Shown here: positions 33,583-44,901 of the stretch, in pieces
Numbering within the stretch: the stretch's first letter is position 1
How the letters are laid out: the number at the start of each line of letters is the position of its first letter
Made by a program: the position numbers and the translations under genes
The notes under the pieces: model-generated
Databases searched by the model: none
The model's input: the letters and a program-made list of their open reading frames with translations, nothing else
What the model was told of the DNA's origin: nothing
DNA from: an uncultured Candidatus Peribacteria bacterium
GTDB taxonomy: Bacteria; Patescibacteriota; Gracilibacteria; BD1-5; UBA2023
DNA: 64,000 bases
Reading direction: 5' to 3'
Assembly: GCA_964596675.1 (NCBI GenBank)
Contig: CAZQUZ010000005.1
Span: 16,875 to 80,874, forward strand

Positions 33583-35076
33583 TTAGAATACTTCATGGAT
33601 ATCAGATACGACGTTCGGATGTGCTTCACTGAGGCGACAGGTAAGCTCCCAACTCGTACCATAGAGAGTCCCCAGAGAGTCTACTATGATGGACTTCATG
33701 GCAGGCTTATTCACTCGGTCATAGTTCCACTTTTTCGAGAAGATGAGTGTGAGGTGTGTGCCATCGATCTCGAAGCGCGCGAGCTTTAGATCCGTCGTGA
33801 GAGCTGGCTGGAGTTCTTTTACTTTCATGATGAGTGCCGGATAGGAAAATGTTCCACCAGATGAAGATTTCGGAGCCGGAGACTCTTTCATGACAGGCAT
33901 AGTCTCAGCTGGAAAAGGAGGTGCTATTATCGTTTCTGGGGATGGTTTCATGGGAGCTGGATGAGTTGGTGGCGGAGTCGAGGATTTCGGAGTGGGAGGA
34001 GGCGGAGCTTTTATGGGAGATGCTGTAGGTACTATCGTAGAGGCTACACTACGTTTCGTGATGCGGAGGAGTGTCAGTTCGATGAGCATCATGCCATCAG
34101 GTATAGAGCGTATATGTGCATAGGCTCATTCGAGTATAGTCATCATCTCACTATATGTGCCGAAGAGTCCATCATCTAGATGTTCCACCATGAGGTCTCT
34201 CATACGATACATGAGTTGTTCGAAGAATCCTCTTGCCTCGATATGCTTATCACGAATATTTGCGATAAATCAACTTATACTTGCTGTATCAGCATCTCGC
34301 ATAGCGATAATACATCACTCTATGAGTGAATCTTCGAGAAGCGATAGAGTATTGCGTACATGCTCTATCGGGAGCGTATCGTCGATAATGTTTTGTTCGA
34401 GGAGGGTGAGGGCATCACGAAATCCTCATCGTGCAGCCTTTGCGATAATACGTAGCGTCTCTTCTTCGAAGCGTATATGTTCTTCTTTGCATACATATGA
34501 CATTCGTCCTATGAGATCATCGATACTGATTTTACGAAAATCAAATCGCAGCGTTCGTGATCGGATAGTTTCAGGGATTTTGTCTATCTCGGTTGTCGCG
34601 AGGATAAATATGACGTGTGCTGGTGGCTGCTCGAGGGTCTTTAGGAGCGCATTAAATGCTCCACTCGAGAGCATATGTACCTCATCGATGATGTAGACCT
34701 TATACTTTCCTTGATTCGGCTCGAAGCGAGCTTTTTCTATGAGTTCGCGGACATTCTCGACACCATTATTCGAGGCTCCGTCGATCTCGATGATATCGAG
34801 CATGGTTTCAGCATCGGTCGCGAGACAGTTTGTACATACATGACATGGGTTTCCATCTTTTTGGTTCGTGCAGTTTAGGGCTTTTGCGAGGATACGAGCA
34901 CTCGTCGTCTTTCCAGTCCCGCGCGATCCATGAAAGAGGTACGCATGGTGGATGCGTCCTGTGGTAAGGCTATTTCGGAGGATGGTCGTGATATACTCTT
35001 GTCCGATGACAGAGTCCCAGTCACGGGGTCGGTACTTATTATAGAGAGACACGTTCTCGGGGGTAAATGCTAACAC
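33583..35076 (-). CDS. dnaX: DNA polymerase III subunit gamma/tau
   Basis: Track ORFs 34426..35076 and 33583..34092 are in one frame. Motifs: GSRGTGKTT, a Zn module CHVCTNC, DEVHML, SRTL. A Pro-rich linker is present. Confidence 0.93.
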
Positions 35077-35145
35077 CGAAAGTATAGAGAAAAATCCTAG
35101 AAATACAAAAAAATCCCCGATATAGGGATATTTCTCGATAGAAGA

Positions 35146-35844
35146 CTATTCCTTCCCTCTCCAGTTGGTTCCCACGACGCGCTCGATCCAACTAAACACA
35201 TGTATCAGTCTCCAGCGTGGTTTTTTACGAAAACAGAGGAGCCATATAGCGATATTCGAGATAAATAGATATGTCGGATATACGATATCCTCAAAACTCC
35301 ATGCATGTACTGCGAGTATGGCAAAGAGTCCAGAAATCCATCCCAGCATCCATGCATACTTATCTTCCGTTTCTGGATGTTTATAGAGTTTCGTAAAAAT
35401 CGCTGTTGCTCACATCGCATCGATAAGCGTATTGGTCGTGAGGAGAAATACTGCGAGTCATCGTTCACTCATGCCGAGCATTTCTGTGACTTCAGGACTA
35501 TGTTTCGCGATAATCCAAAATAACAGTGATATCATGGATATGCCGAAATAGATAGCTTCTACTCTATCCATTTTGGCATATCCATACCGAAATGCTAGAA
35601 CTATGACGATAAGCTGGGTGATGGCGAATGCGAGTGAGAGCATGATAGTCGGGAGGCTCCCGAGCTCATAGCTCGATATAAGGATACAGATGGTAGCTAT
35701 CTCATAGAGGAGCCATCAGACGATATTCGGCTTCGTATGACCAGCGATGATCGAATAAATATATCGAAACATCGATGCATAGACGAGTATCGTGGAAAGA
35801 ATCAGTGCGAGTGATGTGATACTGATGGATGTGAGATAGTTCAT
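35146..35844 (-). CDS. polytopic membrane protein (232 aa)
   Basis: ATG 35844, in frame with track ORFs 35458..35643 and 35146..35349 through 3 TGA. About 6-7 hydrophobic segments. Confidence 0.6.
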
Positions 35845-35926
35845 ACTCCCAGTCTAGCATATGTCGGATTTTTTTGCAAAAAATCGAGATTTCTCTATAG
35901 TAATCCTATCATCACCAATCCCACTT

Positions 35927-37228
35927 ATGATAGATATAAAAATCCTCCGCAATAATCCAGACCTCGTGCGCAAAGCCCTCCATGATAAAGTGACGAAATG
36001 AGTCAATCTCGATACGGTGATCGACCTCGATGTCCGACGAGTCGCCCTCGGACAAGACCTCGATGTACTCCGCGCTCGTCGTAATGAGATTTCTGCGAGC
36101 ATGGGAAACGGTAAACCAGAGCCTGCAGTCCTCGAAGAGGCGAAAAGTATAAAGGAAAAAATCCAAACTCTCGAGCCAGAGTACGAACGCGTCGAAGCAG
36201 AGTTCCTCGCGCTCTATAAAAAAATCCCGAATATCCCGACCGCAGATACACCTATCGGACTCACTGAGGATGATAATGTCGTCGTGAAGCAGTGGGGGAA
36301 GATTCGCGAGTTCGACTTCGCAGTCCGCAATCACGCAGAAATCGCAGATATCCGCGGCTGGATAGATAAGGAGCGTGCTGCGAATGTCGCGGGTTCTCGA
36401 TTCGCCTATCTGAAGTGAGACCTCGTGAAGCTCCAGTTCGCCCTCATACAGTGGGTCATGGACTCGCTCTCTGACTCGAGTGTGCTCGCGAGCATTATCG
36501 CCGAGCATGGGCTCTCTGTCTCAGATAAGCCATTCACTCCAGTGCTCCCACCATACATGATAAAGACCGCTCCATACGATGCGATGGATCGCCTCGAGCC
36601 GAGTGAGGACAGATACAAGATAGAGGGCCAAGACCTCTGGCTCCAGTGAAGTGCTGAGCATGTCCTCGGGTCTATGCACGCAGGAGAAATCTTCGCAGAA
36701 GCAGAAATGCCAGTACGATATCTCGGATATGCGACGTCATTTCGTGGGGAAGCTGGTACCTATGGGAAAGACATGGAGGGTATCATCCGCATGCACCAGT
36801 TCGATAAGCTCGAGATGGAGTCATTCTCGACGGCAGAGACATCTCACGATGAGCATCTCCTCTTCGCTGGTATCCAGGAGTACCTCATGCAGCAGCTTGA
36901 GATACCATATCAGAAACTGCAGAAGTGTACATTCGACATCGGAAAGCCAAATGCTAAGGGCTCTGATATCGAGGCATGGCTCCCAGGACAGAGCAAGTAT
37001 CGTGAGACACACACCGCTGACTATATGACTGACTATCAGTCTCGTCGCCTCCAGACGCGTGTCCGCAGAGCTTCAGGCGAGGTAGAGCTCATCCATACGA
37101 ATGATGCGACCGCATTCGCATGTGGACGCGCTCTCGTAGCTATCATGGAGAACTATCAGAATGCTGATGCGACTGTGACGGTACCGAAAGTGCTCAGGAA
37201 TTATATGGGAGGGAAAGAGAGGATTTAA
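35927..37228 (+). CDS. serS: seryl-tRNA synthetase
   Basis: ATG 35927, in frame with track ORFs 36017.., 36425.. and 36674..37228. It has a coiled-coil N-terminus and class II motifs (FRGEAG, RMHQFDKLEME, GRALVAIMENYQ). Confidence 0.95.
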
Positions 37229-37232
37229 AAAT

Positions 37233-38099
37233 ATGAAAAAAGAACAAAAAATTACATTTATTGATTTATTTGCTGGTATATGATGATTTCATATGGCATT
37301 TCACAATGTTTGATGAAAGTGTGTTTTTGCTTCTGAATGGGATGAAAGTGCCAGAAAGACCTATGAAGTTAATTTTTCCAAGACTGAAAAGGACTTATTT
37401 GATAGTTGAAATTTTATTGGAGACATAACAAAAATTAACCCCTCTGATATACCTAATTTCAACATTCTATGTGCTGGCTTTCCTTGTCAGCCATTTTCGC
37501 AGGCATGATTTAAAAAATGATTTAATGAAACGAGAGGTACTTTGTTTTTTGATATTGTTCAGATTATTAAAGAAAAGCAACCAGAGGCTTTCTTTCTTGA
37601 AAATGTACGTCATTTATTAAAACATGATAATGGAAAAACCTTTGAAGTAATTCAAAGGACAATCGAAGAAGAATTAGGATATTCCTTCTTTTATAAGATA
37701 GTAAGGGCTTCTGATTTTTGACTTCCACAAAATCGTCCAAGATTATTTATGGTTTGATTTCGAGATAAAAGTATTAAGTTTGAATTTCCTAATCCACTTC
37801 CTTTACAAATGACTATGTCTGATATTTGGTGATGAAAATGTCATAAGGATATATGATTTACGCTTAGAGTCTGAGGAAGATGATCAAAAATTGATGATAG
37901 AAGAAATTGGGATTCTTATTTTGTAAATGATGAAATTCGAAGATTAACACCAAGAGAATGAAAGAAAATGCAATGATTTCCCGATAGTTTTATTTTTCCT
38001 TGAAGTGATACTGAATCCATGAAACAACTCTGAAATTCTGTTGCTATTCCTGCAATCCAAGCAGTTGCTGAAAAAATTATTACCTATCTAAAGAAATAA
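37233..38099 (+). CDS. DNA (cytosine-5)-methyltransferase
   Basis: Entirely absent from the track, with roughly 18 in-frame TGA. Motifs: I FAGIGG (TGA TGA at 37281-37286), [18 protein letters not shown], and C-terminal GNSVAIP. Confidence 0.92.
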
Positions 38100-38102
38100 A
38101 AT

Positions 38103-38705
38103 ATGTCCTCAAAACTCCAAACATTGTGATTCGTTCAGTGAGATACAACTAAAATGGCTGAGGTCTTTGATTCTCTTCTTGGTGACTTTGAGGCAGTAAA
38201 ATATTCTACCCCAAGCGAATATGTGCAAAGATATTGGAATGTCTATAAATCAAGAGATATATCTAATAATAATTTAAATTGAAAGGTATTTGAATTAATA
38301 TTATGAACATTGTTATATAGGGAATGAATTATTCCCTTGTATATTTGAGCAAAGGTCGCATTTGTTCCGAATGTCGTGTATGATCTAATGTACTATTCAC
38401 AAGAATGTGGACCGATTTGTCTCAGCGCTAAAACCACCTTACGTGAGAGATATAAGCAGGCCGATTTGGAGGCAATCGCATTGAAATATGTCCATAGAAA
38501 GGCAAAAGCTTATCTTATTACGCTTGATGAATGAGAAGCACTTGCAAATAAGCGAAAAATTGAAAAATGAGATATTATTTGACTGGATGATGTCATTGTT
38601 GCTAGTTCTGATGAATTCGATGCCTTAATAAAGTTTTTAAAGGAACTTAAGCTATCCGTAGCTCCAGAAATACAGGTAATACAAGCACAAAGTATTATAT
38701 CATAG
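38103..38705 (+). CDS. putative type II restriction endonuclease partner (200 aa)
   Basis: Starts 3 nt after the methyltransferase stop. No TAA or TAG for 200 codons, with about 10 TGA. GKVFELIL and SAKTTLRERYKQ segments resemble PD-(D/E)xK-type restriction enzymes. The call rests mainly on position. Confidence 0.45.
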
Positions 38706-38867
38706 TATGCACCTCCTCCTCAATCCGCATCTCGACCTCTCCACATTCCGCATCACCATATTATAAATTTATCGTATATATTTGCATTAAGATTGTATTT
38801 TCTCATTCTTTTTTGACTTTCACAGAGTCAGCATATACTCGTGCCATTATTTTTCACTTTTTAGTGT

Positions 38868-39977
38868 ATGAGCATGAGTTATGATGCATTCTGGGAGGAG
38901 CTCTCATGAGCATATCCCATCTCGAAGGGAGAACTCCGACTGCCGATAGCGACTCATTGCCTCGAGGTATCAGGATTCGATATCGATGTATATCGCCCAC
39001 AGTTCGAGGCTATCATAGAGGAGCTCATATCCTCGGTCGAGAGCATCGGAAGAGATACTATCGCCACGAAAAATGCACAGGCAGAGATTATCCCATTTCT
39101 CTCGTGAAACTATACTGGAGTCGTGCGATTCGACTGTATGATAGATACGCGCTGAGCTCTGAAGATCATCGAGATAAACGCGGACTATCCAGATGGGCTC
39201 CTCCTCCATGACTATACATATGGTCTCCTGACAGGGGATACGGCATATCGAGGTAATCATCGAGCATATGAGCAATTTTTCCGAAAGGATGAGACGACAT
39301 TTATCGCTATTCCGAAAGATGCATTTTTTCTCGATGCATATTATGGAGAGTATTTTTTCCTGAAAAATATGGGATATCCCGTGTATATCGGGTCATATGA
39401 TGTGCTCACGCGTGATGGCGAGAGTCTCATGTGTGAGTGACATACTATCCACCATATCCGTCGATGTGTCGAAGTCGGGAAGATGACGAGTGATGATGCT
39501 GAGCGTCTACGATGAGCTCGTGTACGATATACGAACTCATTCGATCTGCGTATCCTCTGACTGAAAGATAATCTCGCTCTCATCGACCATCCACTCATCC
39601 CGAAGACGATAGAGATCACGGATGAGAACTGGTGAGATTTTATCACAGAAAAAGATATGTGGGTCATAAAGCCGACGAATATGTTCGAGGGGCATGGTGT
39701 ATATATCTGACGAGATCATAGTGACGATGACTGGAGAGGATTCCTTATGAAGCATAAAAACGAGACCTACATCGCCCAGGAGTTCGTCGAGGTATCTCGA
39801 GTATCGATGGAGTTCTACGATGAGTGAGGTATAAAAGGTCGAGATGTATACTTCGATGTGTGTCCACATTTTTTCGTCGTAGATGGAAAAATAGTAGAGC
39901 AGTGAGTCACACTCGTACGCTACTCTGAGAATAAGATACTGAATGTCGCCCAAGGTGGGTGAATCGGATATATCTAG
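38868..39977 (+). CDS. ATP-grasp superfamily protein (glutathionylspermidine-synthase-like), 369 aa
   Basis: This plus-strand frame has about 11 TGA and no TAA or TAG. Motifs: IEINADYPDG, VIKPTNMFEGHGVYIG, YIAQEFVEV, NVAQGGGIGY. The long minus-strand track ORFs here are antisense artefacts. Confidence 0.6.
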
Positions 39978-39993
39978 CACTGGGTGTATATAT

Positions 39994-40024
39994 AAAAAAT
40001 CCTCTCATATGAGAGGATTTTTTA
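39994..40024. terminator. bidirectional hairpin terminator
   Basis: aatcctctc-atat-gagaggatt hairpin with A- and T-runs, between convergent genes. Confidence 0.7.
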
Positions 40025-40246
40025 GTCTACTTTTTTTACGAACTCTGTCCTGAGGACGAGTCACTTGATCTCAGGGATATTCGCAGTGATTTCTTCTATG
40101 TCGTCGGTGAGGCGGATATTCTTCACTTTGGTTCATTTTTTTAGAGTCACTTTCGTTCCCTTTACAGAGAGTTCTTTCGTGAGCTGGACAGAGTCCCCAG
40201 AGGAGAGTATATTACCAAATGCATCTTTTGTTTCGAGGGTTTCCAT
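40022..40246 (-). CDS. PhnA/YjdM-domain small protein (74 aa)
   Basis: Internal Met of track ORF 40133..40381 (METLETKDAFGN), extended through 2 TGA to TAA 40022-40024. The GDSVQLTKELSVKG...LKKGTKVKNIRL pattern is present. Confidence 0.7.
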
Positions 40247-40345
40247 AGGGAGAGAGATATGATATAGATGTGAGTATAGAGTATTTCGAGCGAAAATCAA
40301 AAAGAAGAGAGTTTGATTTCCTAAAAAAGTCTCTATAATCCCTCC

Positions 40346-41047
40346 ATGTCTAAACGTACTCTTTTTATCGGCGATGTACATGGATGCTATGATGAGCTCA
40401 TGGAGCTCATAGAAAAAGTATGACTTCGCGATGAAGATGATCTCTATTTTGTCTGAGACCTTATCAATAAATGACCCAAGTCACTCGAAGTCGTAGAGTG
40501 GATACGGAGCCGTCCAAATACATGGAGTGTCATCGGAAATCATGAATATTTCCTGATGATGACTGATGTGGAATGGGAACATATGCTCGAGACACATCCA
40601 GATATGAGTGAATGAAGAAAGGCATGGATAACCTCAGGACGAGCGCGCACTGGTATGATTGCTGAGATATTTGTTCGTGAAGATCTACGAGCGTGGCTGA
40701 TGAGTCTACCATTTTTCATAGAAAAAGAATCATTTATAGTGTTGCATGCAGGTATACATCCTGATTTTTGACTCCAGAGTTCACCTGAGATTATGACCAT
40801 GATACGTGAGTACCATGAAAAACCATGGTATGAATACTATACAGGAACAAAGCCTATTATCTATGGGCACTGGGCGGTAGATGGTCTTCGCATTCGAAAA
40901 AATACTATCGGACTCGATACGGGTTGCTGTTTCGGGGGGCACCTTACGTGTTATTGTTTGGAGACGGGAGAGATTTGGCAGGTAAAAGCGCATAACGTCT
41001 ATAAGTTTATCCCGATATGGAAAGATAAGCTCATGCATATACGATAA
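40346..41047 (+). CDS. metallophosphoesterase (ApaH/PrpE-like Ser/Thr phosphatase family)
   Basis: ATG 40346, in frame with track ORF 40793..41047 through about 6 TGA. Motifs: GDVHG, GDLINKGP, GNHE, HAG, GH. Confidence 0.85.
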
Positions 41048-41159
41048 AAAAATCTTGACGAGAGGTGTATTTTCAGCATAATCTCACTTAATTCCTGGAC
41101 ATATCTGCAAAATAGAGATATGGAGATCAGGAAAATCATACAAATAAGGAGGTATATCT

Positions 41160-41309
41160 ATGGAAATTGTGCAAGGCTTAGGATTTATCCTAATGCTAAT
41201 CGTCGCGATACTATTCCCTGATAAGATATTACATTTATTAGGATTTATCGTCGCTACGGTAGTCGTCAGTGTAGTCTTGGCTCATAGATTTCTCAGAAAG
41301 CTATGGTGA
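41160..41309 (+). CDS. small membrane ORF A (49 codons to TGA; would read through into ORF B under table 25)
   Basis: AAGGAGG lies 8 nt upstream of ATG 41160. The peptide is hydrophobic. The TGA at 41307-41309 is in frame with the ATG at 41340. Confidence 0.4.
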   Translation: MEIVQGLGFILMLIVAILFPDKILHLLGFIVATVVVSVVLAHRFLRKLW

Positions 41310-41339
41310 CTAAAATCTAAATACAAAAGGAGTGGTACA

Positions 41340-41678
41340 ATGAATACAAATTTTAATATGATAATGCAAATTATCATAATCGGTTCCGTCGGTCTTCTTT
41401 GTTTTGGTCCTGTCTGGAGCTTTTCCAAAAAGATTCTACGATTTTTCCTCGTGAAACATCAGTATGCTACAGAATTTATAGTTCTGTTCGGTGGCTGCAT
41501 AGTATGTTTCGGAATTATATATGAACTTTCCTGGCAAAAGATACCAATGGCATTTCCAAATATGAGAACTCCACTCATCTTCGGCGTAATATTCTTTGCT
41601 TATATGTTTCTGCGATGGATACTATATCATCTCAGAGATATGGATAGAGTACTACCTGTTTATGATAAGGAGCCTTAA
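41340..41678 (+). CDS. small membrane protein B (112 aa)
   Basis: Track ORF. AAGGAG lies 8 nt upstream. Three hydrophobic segments. Confidence 0.6.
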   Translation: MNTNFNMIMQIIIIGSVGLLCFGPVWSFSKKILRFFLVKHQYATEFIVLFGGCIVCFGIIYELSWQKIPMAFPNMRTPLIFGVIFFAYMFLRWILYHLRDMDRVLPVYDKEP

Positions 41679-41704
41679 CTTTTTATATTATTAGGAGAAA
41701 TAGT

Positions 41705-41839
41705 ATGGCAAAAACTAAATCAGTACTGGGCTATATCATCCTCGGTGTAGTTATGATCATCGCGAGTCTCACACTCCAGATGCATACACCTCACCAAAAA
41801 AATAATCCCTATCATGGATTCGTAGAATCCTGTGGATAG
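41705..41839 (+). CDS. small membrane ORF C (44 aa)
   Basis: TAGGAG lies 8 nt upstream of the ATG. One TM segment. Ends with TAG. Confidence 0.35.
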   Translation: MAKTKSVLGYIILGVVMIIASLTLQMHTPHQKNNPYHGFVESCG

Positions 41840-41865
41840 GCATCAAACAAAAGGAGTTATACGTT

Positions 41866-42102
41866 ATGAGTCAGTCTCTGCAAGTAATACATGCAGCAGA
41901 TATACCAAAAACACAGAAAATACTACAAATAATCCAGGCAATTTCTGGAAAAAAGCTAGTAGAGTGTGATGGTAATACTGCTATATTTTATATCAATGAT
42001 GGTGATATCACCATCACAGTTACAGAGGATCATCCTATCTCAGGTATGAGTATCAAAAAAATCGAGGATTATATAGCCGGAATACAAAAACGGGTGATAT
42101 AA
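41866..42102 (+). CDS. small hypothetical protein D (78 aa)
   Basis: Track ORF. AAGGAG lies 10 nt upstream. A terminator follows. Confidence 0.5.
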   Translation: MSQSLQVIHAADIPKTQKILQIIQAISGKKLVECDGNTAIFYINDGDITITVTEDHPISGMSIKKIEDYIAGIQKRVI

Positions 42103-42112
42103 TTTTCATAAT

Positions 42113-42138
42113 AAAAACTCCGCATATGCGGAGTTTTT
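42113..42138. terminator. bidirectional hairpin terminator
   Basis: aaaaactccgca-ta-tgcggagttttt palindrome between convergent genes. Confidence 0.7.
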
Positions 42139-42143
42139 CCTTT

Positions 42144-44036
42144 TTATAGTGCTTTCGTCGATATCTCTTCTCAGATACGAGTGATGAAGTCTGCTCGTGA
42201 CTCTGTGGTTTTTGCCTGTGTCTTATAGTTCCTGACGGCGAGTGTACCAGAGCTCATCTCTTGCTCACCGACGACGAGAATATAGTTCACATGGGTCATC
42301 TCAGCATTTCGCATCTTCTTCCCGAGGCTATCAGACGAGTCATCGACACTCGCGCGGATATTCGCGAGAGAGAGTGATCACTTCACTTCATAGGCATAGT
42401 CTACGAACGCCTCACCCACAGGGATGACGCGCACCTGCTCTGGAGCGAGCCAGAGAGGGAATACTCCCGCGAAGTGCTCTATCATGATACCCATAAATCG
42501 CTCGAGTGAGCCAGATATAGCGCGGTGGATGACGACTGGTTGCTCATCTTCTCACTTTTCATTTTTAAAACTGAGGCCAAATCGATGCGGCTGGTTAAAG
42601 TCACACTGTATCGTCGCGAGCTGCCACTCACGACCGATCGCATCACGGAACATAAAGTCCAGCTTCGGTCCATAAAATGCTGCTTCACCAGGCATCGGAC
42701 GATAGTTGAGCCCATTTGCTTTCGCGGCATCTTCGAGGGCTTTCTCCGCTATCTGCCACACATCATCTCCGCCGAGATACTTCTCTGGTGTCTCGGGGTC
42801 ACGGATGGAGAGTGAGACCCAGTAGCCGTCCATGAGTCCGAATGTCGTATAGAACGTTTTGATAATATCGACTATCGTGCCGACCTCTGCCTCTATCTGA
42901 CTCACACGACAGAAGAGGTGTCCATCATCCTGCGTGATAGAGCGTACACGGGTGAGACCAGAGAGCTGTCCAGTCTTCTCATCGCGGTATACAGTCGCCG
43001 GCTCGAAGTATCTCACGGGCATATCTCTATAGGAGAACTGGTTATCCGCAAAGAGCTGCATATGGTGAGGACAGTTCATCGGCTTTAGGAAAAAGTTTTC
43101 TTTCGAAGTTCCTCCATACACAGAGAACATATCTTCGAGGTACTTCCCGGCGTGACCAGAGGTCTGGTAGAGCTCCTCTTTCGCGAGGTGAGGTGTACAG
43201 ACACGGAGGTAGTCCTTACCCGAGTGGAGCTCCCAGAGGTAGTCCTTTATCGCTTCGCGGATGATCATACCGTTCGGCTGGATGAGTGGGAGACCAGAGC
43301 CGACCATATCCGATACAGTGAAGAGCTTTAGCTTTTTTCCGAGGATACGGTGGTCGCGTTTTTTTGCTTCTTCCATCATGGTCTGGTAGGCATCGAGCTC
43401 GGCTTTTGACTCGAATGCGAGACCATAGATACGCGTGAGTTGCTTATTTTTCGCGTCACCTCGCCAGTAGGCACCCGCCAGCTTATCGAGGGTAAATGAA
43501 TCCTCTGGGATATCATTCGTGTGGAGGACATGAGGACCCTGACACATATCGATAAATGTGGAAGTGCGGAAGTCGAAATCTGAAACTCCCTGTTCTTCGC
43601 TCGTCACGATGGTTTCATCACCCGCGGTTTGTGCATATGTCATCGGATTCTCGAGAAATGCAAATGGGGCATATGCGGGATTCTGGAACTTGCCGATATT
43701 CGCGAAAAATGATATCGTCGTCTCGCCACGAGCCTCGAGATCTACTATCATCTCGTATTTATAGTCTTCACCGAGCGCTGTCGTGAATGCTTTCGCATCA
43801 GCGACAGAGAGTGAGAACTGTCGGAACTCCTGTCCCTCGCGGACGATGGAGCGCATCTTTTTCTCGATGTCTTTGAGCTTCGCCTCTTCGAGGGTAGCAT
43901 CACCGAAGTCGATATCATAGTACCATCCATTATCGACATCAGGTCAGATAGCGAGCTTCGCATGTGGTCACATGACCATCCGAGTGGCCTGGGCCATGAT
44001 GTGGGAGAGGGAGTGGCGGTGAGTCGAGAGAGACAT
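42144..44036 (-). CDS. thrS: threonyl-tRNA synthetase (no TGS-type N-terminus visible)
   Basis: Track ORF 42552..43856 extends to ATG 44036 and TAA 42144-42146 through TGA codons. The protein begins at the editing-domain motif [12 protein letters not shown]. Class II catalytic and anticodon-binding regions are present. Confidence 0.95.
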
Positions 44037-44146
44037 AGAAGTGGAGTTATTAAGGGTAGTAAATAGTATTTAATTTGGTTTATTTTTTCATAGTTCTTCA
44101 TTTTTTAAAATCTCACATAGAAGACAAGAGAGAGTTCGAGAATGAG

Positions 44147-44461
44147 CTACTCTATGGATGTAGCAGGCTCGCACCATACTAGACTGCCTGGCGATCGGAA
44201 TACCCTCACTCTCATACCATCTGGACAGGTGGATTCTTCACCATTTTGGAGAGCTTCCTTATATCCATTTGTTTCCATGGTTTCTACTGAAGTCTTGCAT
44301 CCAGTGATAGTCGCCTCATCATTCATACTGTCACACCGTCATCGGAGAGTGTCATAGTAGGATGCTGGGGTTTCTATAGTGGTCTCTGGAGTGACCTCGG
44401 GAGATGATGACACACATGAGCTCAGTGAGAGTATCGCTGTGATGAGGAATATATATTTCAT
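44147..44461 (-). CDS. Cys-rich lipoprotein (104 aa)
   Basis: MKYIFLITAILSLSSC lipobox, one TGA, five further Cys. Frame position was checked against track ORF 44352..44534. Confidence 0.6.
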
Positions 44462-44487
44462 AAAAAAATAAGTTATAAATGAGAGTA

Positions 44488-44886
44488 TTAACGTATGGTG
44501 CTACAGAGGAGTTCATCTTGGGTTTTCTTTTCATCGAGAGCCCGGATGACGGATTCAGGTATCTTACACTTTCCGTTTTTTATATCTTCGTCAGTGTTGC
44601 CCGCCTGCTGACACTGTTTATTACCAGCTTCGAAAAATGCATCACGAGCTTTTTTTAGACACGCTTCATCGGGAGCCTCTTCTGTCGTCATGCCGTCGAT
44701 TATAGATACGGGTTCAGTATCAGTTTTTGGTTTTTGTTGGGGATTTGATTTGAGTGAGGCGACCTCGTGGTCGAGTCTTTTTATCTCAGCTTCGAGTGTA
44801 GCTATGCGAGTATCTGTCGTGGAGTCCAGATAGTTTCATACGCAAGATGAGAGGAAGATGAGTGGGATGAGGATGAGAGATTTCAT
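44488..44886 (-). CDS. Cys-containing lipoprotein (132 aa)
   Basis: MKSLILIPLIFLSSC lipobox. Track ORF 44488..44691 extends 5' through one TGA. Confidence 0.62.
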
Positions 44887-44901
44887 AAAAAATAGGAAAG
44901 A

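Noticed and set aside
38970-39980. Long minus-strand track ORFs (38970..39275, 39341..39667, 39537..39980)
   Set aside because: They are Arg/Cys/Ser-rich and match no family. The plus strand, read with TGA=Gly, gives a continuous 369-aa ATP-grasp-like protein with its own promoter and terminator.
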